A stretch of DNA of 64,000 bases from Chloroflexota bacterium (GCA_965238265.1 OZ250185.1:4217497-4281496), one strand, 5' to 3'. Shown: positions 52,307-62,969, counted from the first letter of the stretch. Numbers and translations: made by a program. Notes: generated from the letters alone by a model not told the origin.

Positions 52307-55300
52307 ATGCACCGACTGATCCCCCCGGGGTGTGCCCTGTTGCTGGGGCTGCTCTTGGTCGTGCTATCCAGCGGCGCGCCAGTGGCACAGGCCGCCCCGC
52401 CTGGCGTCCGCATCACCGAGGTCCTGGCGGCGAATACGCACACGGCGCTCGATGACCAGGGTGGCTATGCCGACTGGATCGAGCTGCACAACCCCACGGA
52501 CACGCCCATCTCCATCGTCGGCTACACCCTCACCGACGACCCCTCCGAGCCGACCAAGTGGCCCCTACCCGTCACGACGCTGGCACCGGGCGCCTTTCTG
52601 GTGGTCTGGGCGTCCGGCCTAGACCAGGTAACACCGGAAGGCTGGCACACGAGCTTCCGGTTGAGCCGCGCCGGGGAGTACGTGGGCTTGTTCGGGCCGG
52701 ACGGGCAGGTGGTGGACGAGGTGACGTTCGGCCCGCAGTTGGCGGATGTCTCGCTGGGACGACTGGGAACGGTGTCCGACCAGTGGGTGCCCTTCCCCAC
52801 CCCGACGCCCGGCGCGGCGAATACGACCCGGCACCGCCGGCGGGCGCCACCGGACGCGCCACCGGTGGTAGTCACACCGGGCAGTGGGCGCTATGCCGGC
52901 CCGGTGACGGTGCGGCTGCAAGCACCGGTCGGGAGAGCTACGGTGTACTACACGCTGGATGGGGCCGATCCGACGGTGGAGGGCCAGGCGTACACGGCAC
53001 CCTTGGAAGTGACGGAGACGACGGTGCTGCGGGCGGTGGCCCTGGACGAGGGCGTGCCGGTGAGTGCCGTGACCGCGGCAACGTACCTGGTGGACGAGCG
53101 CACTGACCTGCCGGTGCTGTCACTGGTCACGGACCCGGCGCATCTATGGGACGAGGCGAAGGGAATCCACGTCAACGCGGAGGGGCGCGGCCGGGAATGG
53201 GAGCGACCGGTGATGGTGGAGTGGCTATCACCGGAAGGAGCGTTGGGCTTCAGCGTGGGGGCCGGGCTACGCATCCATGGGAATATCAGCCGGCTGCGTG
53301 TGCCCAAGCGGTCGTTCCGGCTGTACTTCCGGGGGGCGTATGGGCCACGCGAACTGGAGTATCCGCTGTTTGGGACGGCGCCGGGGCAGACATATGGCCG
53401 ACTGGTGTTGCGGGCGGGGGTGGATGACGGTTGGCTTTGGCCGTGCGAGGACAAGCCGGGGTGCTACAGAGAGCAGGCGGTGTTCCTGCGGGACCAGCTA
53501 GTGCGGGAGCTGCACGCGGCGATGGGGCAGGTGGCGGTGCAGGGGCGTTGGGTGGTGCTGTACCTGAACGGGGCCTACTGGGGGCTATACAACCTCACTG
53601 AGCGCATTGACGCTACTTTCCTGGCCACGCATTTCGACGCCAGCACGTGGTATGCCCACTCGAAATCAGGCGAGTTGACCCCCGGGAGCGCGAACCGCTG
53701 GTACCGGTTTGCGGACTGGCTGGCCCGGACGGACTTACGCGCGGCGGCGCAGTACGAGCAGGCGGTGCAGTATTTCGATGTCGAGAACTTCACCGGGTAC
53801 TACCTGCTGAACCTCTGGGCGCGGAACACGGACTGGCCGCACAATAATTGGGTCGTGGCCCGCCCGCGGGAAGGCCCGGACACCCGCTGGCGCTTCATCG
53901 TCTGGGACGCCGAGTCGACGTTCGAGCGCGAGGAGGACACGTTCGAGCGCGTGGTGACTGGTGGCACCCGGCTCGGGCAGGTGCTCGCCAGCTTGCTGCA
54001 AAACGCGCAGTATCGCACGTATTTCGCCGCGCAGGTCGAGCGCCATTGGGCCGGGGCGCTGGACACCGCAGCCGTGCGCGAACGACTGGCCGCGCTCGCC
54101 GCCGCGCTGCGCCCGGAAATGGCGGCCGAAGCGGCCCGCTGGCTGCCGGAGCAGGAGCCGGCAGTGCTGGTGGCACAATGGGAGGCGGAGCTGCAACGGA
54201 TCGCGGATACCTTGGACGCCGATGCCCAGCGTCTGCGCCAGTTGAACGACCCGGAGACATTGCGGCAGCCGCTCCCGCAGCTCGCGGCGCCGGTGCCGCC
54301 GGTGGTGGTCACACCGGGCAGTGGGCGCTTTGCCGGCCCGGTGACGGAGACGACGGTACTGCGGGCGGTGGCACTGGACGAGGGCGTGCCGGTGAGTGCC
54401 GTGACCACGGCAACGTACCTGGTGGGGGAGCGCACTAACCTGCCGGTGCTGTCGCTGGTCACGGACCCGGCTCATCTGTGGGACGAGTCGACGGGTATCT
54501 ACGCCAACCCGGAGGAGCGGGGGCGGAGCTGGGAGCGGCCGGTGACGGTGGAGTGGCTATCGCCGGAGGGGGAACGGGGCTTCAATGTGGGAGCCGGGCT
54601 ACGCATCCACGGGGGTGGGAGCCGGTTGACGGCCAAGAAGTCGTTCCGGCTGTACTTCCGGGGGGCGTATGGACCGCGGGAGCTGGCGTACCCGCTGTTT
54701 GGGGCGGCGCCGGGGCAGACGTATGACCGGCTGGTGCTGCGGGCCGGGTACAACGACAGTTGGTCGTCTGCGGGGAAAGCTTGGTCGTCCGGAGGGGTAG
54801 TGGTGTACGTGCGGGACCAGTTGGTGCGGGAGCTGCACGGGGCGATGGGGCAGGTGGCGGTGCAGGGACGCTGGGTGGCGCTGTACCTGAACGGGGCCTA
54901 TTGGGGGCTGTACGACCTGACCGAGCGCATTGACGCTACTTTCCTGGCCACGCATTTCGACGCAAGCACATGGTATGTCAACAAAGCCGATGTCTTGCAC
55001 CGCTGGTACCGGTTTGCGGACTGGCTGGCCCGGACGGACTTACGCGCGGCGGCGCAGTACGAGCAGGTGGTACAGCAGCTCGATATCGAGAACTTCACCA
55101 GTTACTTCCTGCTGAACATCTGGGCGCAGAACGTGGACTGGCCGCACAATAATTGGGTCGTGGTGCGCCCGCGAGAGGGGCCTGACGGGCGGTGGCGATG
55201 GATCGTTTGGGACGCCGAGACGACGTTCATGAACACGGAAAACACGTTCGAGCGCGTGGTGACTGGTGGCACCCGGCTCGGACAGGTGCTCGCCAGCTTG

Positions 55301-58174
55301 CTGCAAAACGCGCAGTATCGCGCCTACTTCACCGCGCAGATCGAGCAGCAACTCGCCGGGACGCTGAACACCGAGTCTGTGCGGGGCCGTCTCGCCGCGC
55401 TGGCCGCCGAGTTGCGCCCGGAAATGGCGGCGGAGGCGGCCCGCTGGCTGCCCGAGCAGGAGCCGGCAGTGGCAGTGGCACAGTGGGAAGCGGCGCTGCA
55501 ACAGGTCGCGGATTCACTGGACGCCAGCGAGCAGCAACTGCGCCAGTTGAGCGATCCGGAGACGCTGCGACAACAACTCCCGTCGCGCTCGGCGTCGGAG
55601 GCCCCGGCATCGGTGGCGCCGGCAGGCCCACTGGGTGTCATTATCACCGAGGTCCAGGCAGCCAATACGCATACGGCACTCGATGACCAAGGTGGCTACG
55701 CCGACTGGCTGGAGTTGCACAACCCCACGGACATGCCCGTCTCCCTCGCCGGCTACACCCTGACCGACGACCCTGCCGCGCCGACCAAGTGGCCCTTGCC
55801 GGCCAGCACCCTGGCGCCGGGGGCCTTTCTGGTGATCTGGGCCTCCGGCGTGGACCGGGTGGCGCCGGAAGGCTGGCACACGAGCTTCCGGTTGAGCCGC
55901 GCCGGGGAGTACGTGGGCTTGTTCGGTCTGGACGGGCAAGTGGTGGACGAGGTGACGTTCGGCCCTCAGTTAGCGGATGTCTCGCTGGGGCGGTTGGGAA
56001 CGGCGTCGGACCAGTGGGTGTTCTTCCCCACCCCGACACCCGGTAAGGCGAATACCACCAGTCCACGGGCACCACTGGACGCGCCTCTAGTGGTGGTCAC
56101 GCCGGGCAGTGGGCGTTTTGCTGGTTCGGTGACGGTGCAACTGGAGGCCCCGCTGCCGGGCAGCCTGGTGTACTACACGCTGGATGGGGCCGATCCGACG
56201 GTGGAGGGCCAGGCGTACACGGCACCCTTGGAAGTGACGGAGACGACGGTGCTGCGGGCAGTGGCGCTGCAGGACGGCGTGCCGGGGAGCACCGTGACCA
56301 CGGCGACGTACCTAGTGGGGGCGGGTATTGGCCTGCCGGTCGTGTCGCTGGTCACTGATCCGGCCCACCTGTGGGATGAGGCAACGGGCATCTACACCAA
56401 CGCGCAGAAACGCGGCCGGCGCTGGGAACGGCCGGTGACGGTGCATGGGCTATCGCCAGAAGGGGAGTTGGGCTTCAGTGTGCCAGCCGGGCTCCGCATC
56501 CGCGGCGGGGAAAGCCGGACGGACGCGGCCAAGCAGTCGTTCGAGCTGTACTTCCGGGAGGAATATGGGCTGCACGAGCTGGCCTATCCGCTGTTTGGGG
56601 CGGAGCCGGGGCAGACGTATACCCGGCTGGTGCTGCGAGCCGAGGGCCAGGATAGCTGGCAGTGCGGCGAGGCGCCCCAGTGTGTGGAGGAGGCGGTGTA
56701 CGTGCAGGACCAGGTGGTCCGGGAGTTGCACGGGGCGATGGGCCAGGTGGCGGCGCGGGGACGCTGGGTGGTGCTGTACCTGAACGGAGCCTACTGGGGA
56801 CTGTACAACCTCACCGAGTACCTTGATGACACCTTCCTGGCCACGCACTTCAACACCAGCGCCTGGTATACCAGCGCAGCAGCGGGAGAGCAGGCCCCCG
56901 ACAACGCGCACCGCTGGCGCCTGGTTGCGGACTGGCTGGCCAGCGCGGACTTAAGCGCGGCAGCGCAGTACGAGCAGGCGGTGCAGCAGCTCGATATCGA
57001 GAGCTTTACCGCCTTCGTCATCCTCCACCTGTGGAACGGGGACACCGCTTGGGATAGCCAGGACTGGTATGCCGCCCGCAGCCGGAGTGGGGCTGATACC
57101 CGCTGGCGACTGTTCGTGGGAGATGCCGGCGTGCCCCCTGACGTGTATGGCCGGCCCGGTCGTGAGGCGCGTAGTGCCCTCATCCCGATCCTGGCCAGCC
57201 TCCTGGCAAATCCCCAGTATCAAGCCTACTTCACGGCACAGGTCGAGCGGCATCTCGCCGGGGCGCTGGCCACCGAGTCCGTGCGCGGACGCCGCGCCGC
57301 GCTCGCAGCCGCTTTACGACCGGCCATCGTAGCGGAGGCGGCCCGCTGGGTGCCCGATCAGGAGCCGGCAGTGGCGGTGGCGCAGTGGGAAGCGGCGCTG
57401 CAAGGGTTCTCGGATGCGCTGGACGCCAAGGCCCAGCGACTGCATCAACTGAGCGACCCGGAGACGTTGCGGCAGCAGCTCCCGCAACTCGCCGCAACGG
57501 CGGCAGCGGCGGGGCCGCCGCCGCTGCCGCCGGGCACCCGGATCGCCTTGCTGGTGCATAACCCCGCAGAGCTGACGGAGGGCGATGTGGCTGTCGTAAC
57601 GCACCTGGCAGCGCGGGGCGCAACGGTCAATGTGATCGGAACCGACGACGGCAGCGCCCCTGATCCGGCGGAGGTCGCCGCGCGCCACGAGCTGCTCTTG
57701 ATAAGCTCCAATATCCAGGACCTCGACGCAGCGGCGCGCTATGCTCAGACTGCGACGCCGTTGATCTTCTGGGAGCCGCTGCGGCTGCTGGAGGCGACCC
57801 AGTTGGCACGCTGGGGGGGCACGCGCCCGGAGCAAACCTATATTCGGATTGTAGATGCGGACCATCCGATCACCGCGGGGCTACCGGTTGACCAGCGGCT
57901 GCGGGTGGTGCGCCGGGCCGATACGTTCAGCGTCGCCTGGCCATTTAGAGGGCCAGGGGTGCAAGTGCTCGCAAAGCACCTGTTTGGCGACGACTCGGCG
58001 CTTCTGGTGGCGGAGGTGGGAGCCGAGTTATCGAATGGGCAACCGGCGCAGGCCAGGACCGTCTTCTTGTTCTGGCATCACGACACGTTTCACCTGAGCA
58101 CGAGCGAAGCGATCCGGCTCTTCGACCGAGCGGTGGATTGGGCGCTCGGCCTCTCCTCCGGCGATGGCGCTTGA
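52307..58174 (+). CDS. 1955-aa secreted protein: 2 lamin-tail domains, 3 chitobiase-C/Fn3-associated domains, 3 CotH kinase domains and a C-terminal alpha/beta domain
   Basis: Signal peptide; three LRI.G..SR...K.SF.LYF / LYLNGAYWGLY.L.E / DW..NN / WD modules. Confidence 0.88.
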   Translation: MHRLIPPGCALLLGLLLVVLSSGAPVAQAAPPGVRITEVLAANTHTALDDQGGYADWIELHNPTDTPISIVGYTLTDDPSEPTKWPLPVTTLAPGAFLVVWASGLDQVTPEGWHTSFRLSRAGEYVGLFGPDGQVVDEVTFGPQLADVSLGRLGTVSDQWVPFPTPTPGAANTTRHRRRAPPDAPPVVVTPGSGRYAGPVTVRLQAPVGRATVYYTLDGADPTVEGQAYTAPLEVTETTVLRAVALDEGVPVSAVTAATYLVDERTDLPVLSLVTDPAHLWDEAKGIHVNAEGRGREWERPVMVEWLSPEGALGFSVGAGLRIHGNISRLRVPKRSFRLYFRGAYGPRELEYPLFGTAPGQTYGRLVLRAGVDDGWLWPCEDKPGCYREQAVFLRDQLVRELHAAMGQVAVQGRWVVLYLNGAYWGLYNLTERIDATFLATHFDASTWYAHSKSGELTPGSANRWYRFADWLARTDLRAAAQYEQAVQYFDVENFTGYYLLNLWARNTDWPHNNWVVARPREGPDTRWRFIVWDAESTFEREEDTFERVVTGGTRLGQVLASLLQNAQYRTYFAAQVERHWAGALDTAAVRERLAALAAALRPEMAAEAARWLPEQEPAVLVAQWEAELQRIADTLDADAQRLRQLNDPETLRQPLPQLAAPVPPVVVTPGSGRFAGPVTETTVLRAVALDEGVPVSAVTTATYLVGERTNLPVLSLVTDPAHLWDESTGIYANPEERGRSWERPVTVEWLSPEGERGFNVGAGLRIHGGGSRLTAKKSFRLYFRGAYGPRELAYPLFGAAPGQTYDRLVLRAGYNDSWSSAGKAWSSGGVVVYVRDQLVRELHGAMGQVAVQGRWVALYLNGAYWGLYDLTERIDATFLATHFDASTWYVNKADVLHRWYRFADWLARTDLRAAAQYEQVVQQLDIENFTSYFLLNIWAQNVDWPHNNWVVVRPREGPDGRWRWIVWDAETTFMNTENTFERVVTGGTRLGQVLASLLQNAQYRAYFTAQIEQQLAGTLNTESVRGRLAALAAELRPEMAAEAARWLPEQEPAVAVAQWEAALQQVADSLDASEQQLRQLSDPETLRQQLPSRSASEAPASVAPAGPLGVIITEVQAANTHTALDDQGGYADWLELHNPTDMPVSLAGYTLTDDPAAPTKWPLPASTLAPGAFLVIWASGVDRVAPEGWHTSFRLSRAGEYVGLFGLDGQVVDEVTFGPQLADVSLGRLGTASDQWVFFPTPTPGKANTTSPRAPLDAPLVVVTPGSGRFAGSVTVQLEAPLPGSLVYYTLDGADPTVEGQAYTAPLEVTETTVLRAVALQDGVPGSTVTTATYLVGAGIGLPVVSLVTDPAHLWDEATGIYTNAQKRGRRWERPVTVHGLSPEGELGFSVPAGLRIRGGESRTDAAKQSFELYFREEYGLHELAYPLFGAEPGQTYTRLVLRAEGQDSWQCGEAPQCVEEAVYVQDQVVRELHGAMGQVAARGRWVVLYLNGAYWGLYNLTEYLDDTFLATHFNTSAWYTSAAAGEQAPDNAHRWRLVADWLASADLSAAAQYEQAVQQLDIESFTAFVILHLWNGDTAWDSQDWYAARSRSGADTRWRLFVGDAGVPPDVYGRPGREARSALIPILASLLANPQYQAYFTAQVERHLAGALATESVRGRRAALAAALRPAIVAEAARWVPDQEPAVAVAQWEAALQGFSDALDAKAQRLHQLSDPETLRQQLPQLAATAAAAGPPPLPPGTRIALLVHNPAELTEGDVAVVTHLAARGATVNVIGTDDGSAPDPAEVAARHELLLISSNIQDLDAAARYAQTATPLIFWEPLRLLEATQLARWGGTRPEQTYIRIVDADHPITAGLPVDQRLRVVRRADTFSVAWPFRGPGVQVLAKHLFGDDSALLVAEVGAELSNGQPAQARTVFLFWHHDTFHLSTSEAIRLFDRAVDWALGLSSGDGA

Positions 58175-58347
58175 GCGAGAAGGCCATGGTGCCACGATGA
58201 CCTGGCTCTACGGCAGTGATTTCGGGCCACTGCGGCGGGGATTGACGGCGGCAGCGGGTGGTGCTATTGTCCAACGTATCTTGAGGGTACCGGCTTTTCG
58301 GCTATGCGTAGGGGGTAGTGGCGCATGCGGACAGCGGCAGAAGACTC

Positions 58348-59367
58348 ATGGTAGCAATCAGAGTTTTGGTCCGGCTTGGGCACCGCCTACGGTGGGCCTT
58401 GCTAATCCTTGTGACGTGGGTGGGTACTGCGACTGCGGGTTACCGGATCATCGAAGGGTGGTCTTGGTTCGATGCCTTCTACATGACCATTATCACCATC
58501 TTCACCATCGGCTATCAAGAAGTACACCCGTTGACAATCGGCGGTCGCATCTGGAGCATTGTGGTGATCGGCGCCGGTTTCCTCATCGTCGCCGCGGTCG
58601 CGTCGGAGTTGGCGAGTGGTTCCCTGGCACGCTTGTGGGGAGAGAACAAATTGGAACGGGAGCTCAGTGATCTGCACGATCACTACATCATCTGCGGCCT
58701 GGGCCGGGTAGGTTGGCAGGTCGCCCTGGCGCTGCACCAGCAGGGTGCCGTCTTTGGCGTGGTTGATCCAGCGAAGAATAAGCATGTGGATGAGCTGCGG
58801 AACTGGAACGTGCCGTACTTGGCCGGCGATGCGACCGAGGACGCGGTGCTGCAGCGGATGCGCATAGACAGGGCACGCGGCCTGGTCACGGCGGCGAGTA
58901 CCGATGCCATCAACATCTATTTGACGCTCACAGCGCGCGGTCTCAACTCGGACCTCGTCATCGCGGCTCGCGCGGAGGAGCCGAGCGCCGAGAGCAAGCT
59001 GTATCGGGCCGGAGCCAACTACGTGCTTGCGCCCACGGCGGTCGGTGGGCGCAAGCTCGCCACGCTGCTCACGCGCCCACTGGTGGCCGAGTACATCGAT
59101 TCCGTGCTCTACGGTGAGGAACTACCCTTCTTCACGGAGCAGGTGGAGCTTGGGCCAACTTCTCCCCTGTGTACACTCACCATTGCCGAGATGCAAGCGC
59201 GGATTGCCCCTGAGCACCAAGGGCCGGCCGTGATCGCCCTCAAGCCGGCCGGAGAAGGGCTGTTCGCTCCCCATCCTCCCGGGACGAGAAAGCTGGTCGC
59301 CGGCGACGTGCTCGTGGTTGCCGGGCGAGAAGAGGAGGTCGCGCCGCTGCGCGACCTGAGCCACTAG
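58348..59367 (+). CDS. Potassium channel with TrkA-N/TrkA-C (RCK) domains
   Basis: FYMTIITIFTIGY filter, HYIICGLGRVG, GDAT. Confidence 0.9.
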   Translation: MVAIRVLVRLGHRLRWALLILVTWVGTATAGYRIIEGWSWFDAFYMTIITIFTIGYQEVHPLTIGGRIWSIVVIGAGFLIVAAVASELASGSLARLWGENKLERELSDLHDHYIICGLGRVGWQVALALHQQGAVFGVVDPAKNKHVDELRNWNVPYLAGDATEDAVLQRMRIDRARGLVTAASTDAINIYLTLTARGLNSDLVIAARAEEPSAESKLYRAGANYVLAPTAVGGRKLATLLTRPLVAEYIDSVLYGEELPFFTEQVELGPTSPLCTLTIAEMQARIAPEHQGPAVIALKPAGEGLFAPHPPGTRKLVAGDVLVVAGREEEVAPLRDLSH

Positions 59368-59431
59368 CGGCGCGGGTTGGACCTAATCCCCGTCCCCTTC
59401 CCTGTCAGGGAGGGGGGGTAGGTCCGGAGAG

Positions 59432-59508
59432 TGGTCGGGGTGCCCGGATTTGAACCGGGGACCTCCTGGTCCCAAACCAGGTGCTCTACCAGGCTGAGCC
59501 ACACCCCG
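59432..59508 (-). tRNA. tRNA-Pro(TGG)
   Basis: CGGGGTGTGGCTCAGCCTGGTAGAGC-ACCTGG-TTTGGGA-CCAGG...GGTTCAAATCC...CCA, 77 nt. Confidence 0.95.
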
Positions 59509-59615
59509 TCGGCGCTCCTGCCACAGTGGATTTAGTGCGCTCGACGCGCCGCCGGCCACGCCGGGCCGCACGTGGGCACGCGGTTGGCCGGTGGCTGCTT
59601 GGAGACGCGAGCGGG

Positions 59616-60008
59616 CTAGTCGGCGCACTTCTGCGCGGTTTCGGCGTGGCCGCCGGTGTCGAATGACGATCCGCACGCGCAAGCCTTGACGGCATTGGGG
59701 TTATGGACCGTAAAGCCGGCCCCCATCAGCCCTTTCACGTAGTCAATCTGCGCGCCACGAATGAAATTGACCGTAAACTCGTCTACGAAGACCATCAGCC
59801 CATCTTGCGTGATCACTTCATCGCCGTCATCGGAGTGATCTTCGAGACTCATGCCATACGATAGCCCGGAACAGCCCCCCGGGCTGACGAACACGCGCAG
59901 ACCCAGGGACGGATCGCCTTCCTCGGTCACAATACGCCGTAGCTCACCGGTCGCCTCGGCGGTGAGCACCACTGACGGGTCGGTTACTAGCGATTCCGTA
60001 GCTATCAT
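59616..60008 (-). CDS. HesB/IscA-family A-type Fe-S carrier
   Basis: GGCSGLSY, IDY, NPNA...CACGSSF. Confidence 0.93.
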   Translation of the reverse strand: MIATESLVTDPSVVLTAEATGELRRIVTEEGDPSLGLRVFVSPGGCSGLSYGMSLEDHSDDGDEVITQDGLMVFVDEFTVNFIRGAQIDYVKGLMGAGFTVHNPNAVKACACGSSFDTGGHAETAQKCAD

Positions 60009-60261
60009 CTACGCAGACTCCCTCGTTGTCACTCCGGCCGCTGCACCACTGCCTGCCATCCATAACGTAGGCGGGGCAACGGATACCTCAAAGAGGATGG
60101 TAGCACTACCCCCCTCGCTAGTCAAGGTGTCACCGGCCATCAAGAGAGGCAGCGGCTGCCAGTGTCGAAGATGGCCGCGCCGGAACCGTCTAGCCACATG
60201 CTGAAGGCGCTGCTAGTGCAGCCAAGCCGGGGTTGTCCTGCCGGTTGGGGGCCGTGCTACC

Positions 60262-60325
60262 TTGACAGCGCCGGAGCCGGCCTGTTATGCTCGGTTGTAG
60301 GTGAAGTTGACTAAACCTATCAACT
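60262..60325 (+). promoter_or_regulatory. Sigma70 promoter with a downstream palindromic operator
   Basis: TTGACA 60262-60267, TATGCT 60286-60291; AGTTGA-N9-TCAACT at 60305-60325. Confidence 0.65.
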
Positions 60326-60485
60326 AACCGCAGTATGCGGTGTACCAACCTACCCTTGTGGGGGTGTCCGGCCTCCCTATGGCCTCCCCCCCCCGCTACA
60401 CAGGGGGACAGTGCGTTCCCTCCCCTGTGCGTCAGCACGGGGGAGGGTGAGGGTGGGGCCAGGGGGCTGCGGAGAGCATCGAGCT

Positions 60486-61394
60486 ATGTACCAAGCGCCG
60501 CCAGTGGCAGAGCATCCCGGTGCAGCTGTGACCCCGGCCGGTCGTGCTGCGGCCGGCAAGATCGAGCTGGCCGACGCGACGAAAGTGTTTGCCGCGCGCG
60601 GGCGGGCCGCGGCGGATCAGCCTGATGATCCGGTGGGCGAACCGGGCAGCGGTACGGACGAGGTCGGGAGGGTCGTGGCCTTTGCCGGTATCTCGCTCAC
60701 CGTGTCCGAGGGCGAACTGCTCTGCCTGCTCGGACGTAGCGGCTGCGGCAAGTCTACGCTGCTCCACATCATCGCCGGGTTGGAGGCGCTAACGGCCGGC
60801 TCGTTGACCGTAGACGGCCGTCCCGTAGATGGGCCTAGCCACCGCCGCGGCCTCGTCTTCCAGCAGTACGCCCTGTTCCCCTGGCTCGACGTGTACCGGA
60901 ACGTCCGCTTTGGTCTCGAAGCCCGGAATACCGGTCTGGACAGCCGCGTCAAGGATCGGGCTGTGCGCGATCTCCTAGCGCTCGTCGGCTTGGAAGGGTT
61001 CGAGGCGGCGCGGCCCCACGAACTGTCGGGGGGCATGGCCCAGCGGGTGGCCATTGCGCGGGCGCTCGTCAACGAGCCGGAGATTTTACTCTTGGATGAG
61101 CCGTTCAATGCGCTCGATGCCTTCACCCGGATGGCGATGCAGGATGAGCTGGTGCGGATCGTCAAGCAGCGCGGGATGACCGCGATCTTTGTCACGCACG
61201 ACATTGACGAGGCGCTCTACCTCGGCGACCGCGTGGCGATCCTCACCCCCCGGCCCGGCCGGGTCAGGGAGACCGTCCCGGTGCCCATCGCCCGCCCCCG
61301 CGACCGCAACGATCCGGAGCTGCTGCGCTTGCGCGATCACGTCTATCGGGAGTTTGGGCTGGCCGTGCGCCAGGAAGGACACTACAGCATCTGA
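60486..61394 (+). CDS. Nitrate/sulfonate/taurine-type ABC transporter ATPase
   Basis: GRSGCGKST, LSGGMAQR, LLLDEPF, VTHD. Confidence 0.92.
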   Translation: MYQAPPVAEHPGAAVTPAGRAAAGKIELADATKVFAARGRAAADQPDDPVGEPGSGTDEVGRVVAFAGISLTVSEGELLCLLGRSGCGKSTLLHIIAGLEALTAGSLTVDGRPVDGPSHRRGLVFQQYALFPWLDVYRNVRFGLEARNTGLDSRVKDRAVRDLLALVGLEGFEAARPHELSGGMAQRVAIARALVNEPEILLLDEPFNALDAFTRMAMQDELVRIVKQRGMTAIFVTHDIDEALYLGDRVAILTPRPGRVRETVPVPIARPRDRNDPELLRLRDHVYREFGLAVRQEGHYSI

Positions 61395-61599
61395 GGGTAC
61401 CCCTTGCGGAGCGGGGGACGGGTTGCTGGACTAACCCCCGGACCCTTCCCTCCAGGGAAGGGGAGTCAGCGCGGCGAACGACCGCCGCTTCCTTACTAGG
61501 GAAGGCGGTCAGCACGACGGCCTTTAGCCCCTTCCCTGAAGGGAGGGGGTTGGGGGTAGGTATGACCCCCGCCACAACGACATAGCAAAGGAGTCAGGA

Positions 61600-62895
61600 A
61601 TGACGGATCGAGCCGAGGACAGACAGGATCATCCGCTGCCGAGCCGGTCGGCCGGTGGGCTACCGCCGCTGACGCGCCGCGGCCACTTCCGTACCGTCGG
61701 GCTGGCGTTTGCGAGCGCCCTCCTGGGGCCGCTGGCGGCGGCCTGTGGCGACTCCGAAGCAGATTCCGCCGCAGCACCGGCCCAGTCGGCGGGCGCCAGC
61801 AGTGAGCTGGATACGCCGGTCAAGATCGGCTATCTCCCGATCACCGATGCGACGCCGCTGCTCATTGGCCATGCCAACGACTTCTTCAAGGACGAGGGCC
61901 TGACGGTGGAGCGGCCGACGCTCTTCCGCGGCTGGAATGCGCTGGCGGAAGCCTTCTTCGCGGGCAGCGTCAACCTGGCGCATTTCCTCATGCCGATGAC
62001 CGTCTGGATGCGCTACAGCTTGCAGCAGCAAGTGAAGGTGGTCGCTTGGGACCACACGAACGGCTCCGCGCTCACGGTCGCGGGTGAGGGCATCAACGAC
62101 ATTGATGACTTGGCCGGCAAGCAGATCGCCGTCCCCTTCTGGTACTCGATCCACAACGTCGTGCTCCAGATGCTGCTCCGCAACGCCGGGCTGACGGCCG
62201 TCGCGCAGGGCCGGGGCGCCTCGCTGAAGCCGTCCGAGGTCAATCTGTTCGTAATGCCACCGCCGGACATGCCCACCGCCTTGGGGACCGGCGGCATTGA
62301 TGGCTACATCGTCGCCGAGCCGTTCAACGCCGCGGGCGAGCTGAAGGCCCAAGGCAAGATCATCCGCTTTACGGGTGATGTGTGGCGGGACCATGCCTGC
62401 TGCGTCGCCGTGCTGCACGAAGAGAGCATCAAGGAGCGGCCGGAGTGGTCACAGCGCGTGCTCAACGGGCTGGTGGCCGCGCAGCTTTGGGCACACCGGC
62501 ATACGAGCGAGGTGCCCGGCGTGCTCTCGAAGGACGGGAAGGGGTATCTGCCACTGGAAACACCGGTCATCAATCGGGCGATGAACAAGTACGACTTGGA
62601 TACCTATGGTCCGAAAGGGACCAACGCGATCCGTAACGACGAGTGGGACGCCGGGCGGATCGGCTTCCAGCCGTACCCCTTCCCGTCGTACACGATGGAG
62701 TTGATCACGCAGCTGAAGCAGACGATGGTGCAAGGGGATCGGTCGTTCCTGAGCGCCCTCGCCCCCGACTTCGCAGCAAAAGACTTAATCGAGTATGATT
62801 TAGTCAAGAATGCCTACGAGAAGGCCGGCGGGCCGCAGGCCTTCGGCGTGGACCCCAAGCAGGCCTTCGACCGCCAAGAGGTTATCTCGCTCTAG
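61600..62895 (+). CDS. NrtA/CmpA-like ABC substrate-binding lipoprotein
   Basis: TRR...LAAAC signal, KIGYLPITDA, HTNGS, VAEPFN, HACC. Confidence 0.88.
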   Translation: MTDRAEDRQDHPLPSRSAGGLPPLTRRGHFRTVGLAFASALLGPLAAACGDSEADSAAAPAQSAGASSELDTPVKIGYLPITDATPLLIGHANDFFKDEGLTVERPTLFRGWNALAEAFFAGSVNLAHFLMPMTVWMRYSLQQQVKVVAWDHTNGSALTVAGEGINDIDDLAGKQIAVPFWYSIHNVVLQMLLRNAGLTAVAQGRGASLKPSEVNLFVMPPPDMPTALGTGGIDGYIVAEPFNAAGELKAQGKIIRFTGDVWRDHACCVAVLHEESIKERPEWSQRVLNGLVAAQLWAHRHTSEVPGVLSKDGKGYLPLETPVINRAMNKYDLDTYGPKGTNAIRNDEWDAGRIGFQPYPFPSYTMELITQLKQTMVQGDRSFLSALAPDFAAKDLIEYDLVKNAYEKAGGPQAFGVDPKQAFDRQEVISL

Positions 62896-62969
62896 CTGGC
62901 CTCCGGCTCCGGCCGGCTCCGGCGTAGGGGACGACTACGGAGGAGCCGGCGAGCCGCTGGGAAGGAGCA

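Noticed and set aside
48198-58174. CotH repeats as a diversity-generating retroelement TR/VR pair
   Set aside because: No reverse transcriptase, and differences are not confined to adenines
59379-59508. tRNA-Pro as an island or prophage attachment site
   Set aside because: No integrase and no duplicated tRNA 3' end found in the window
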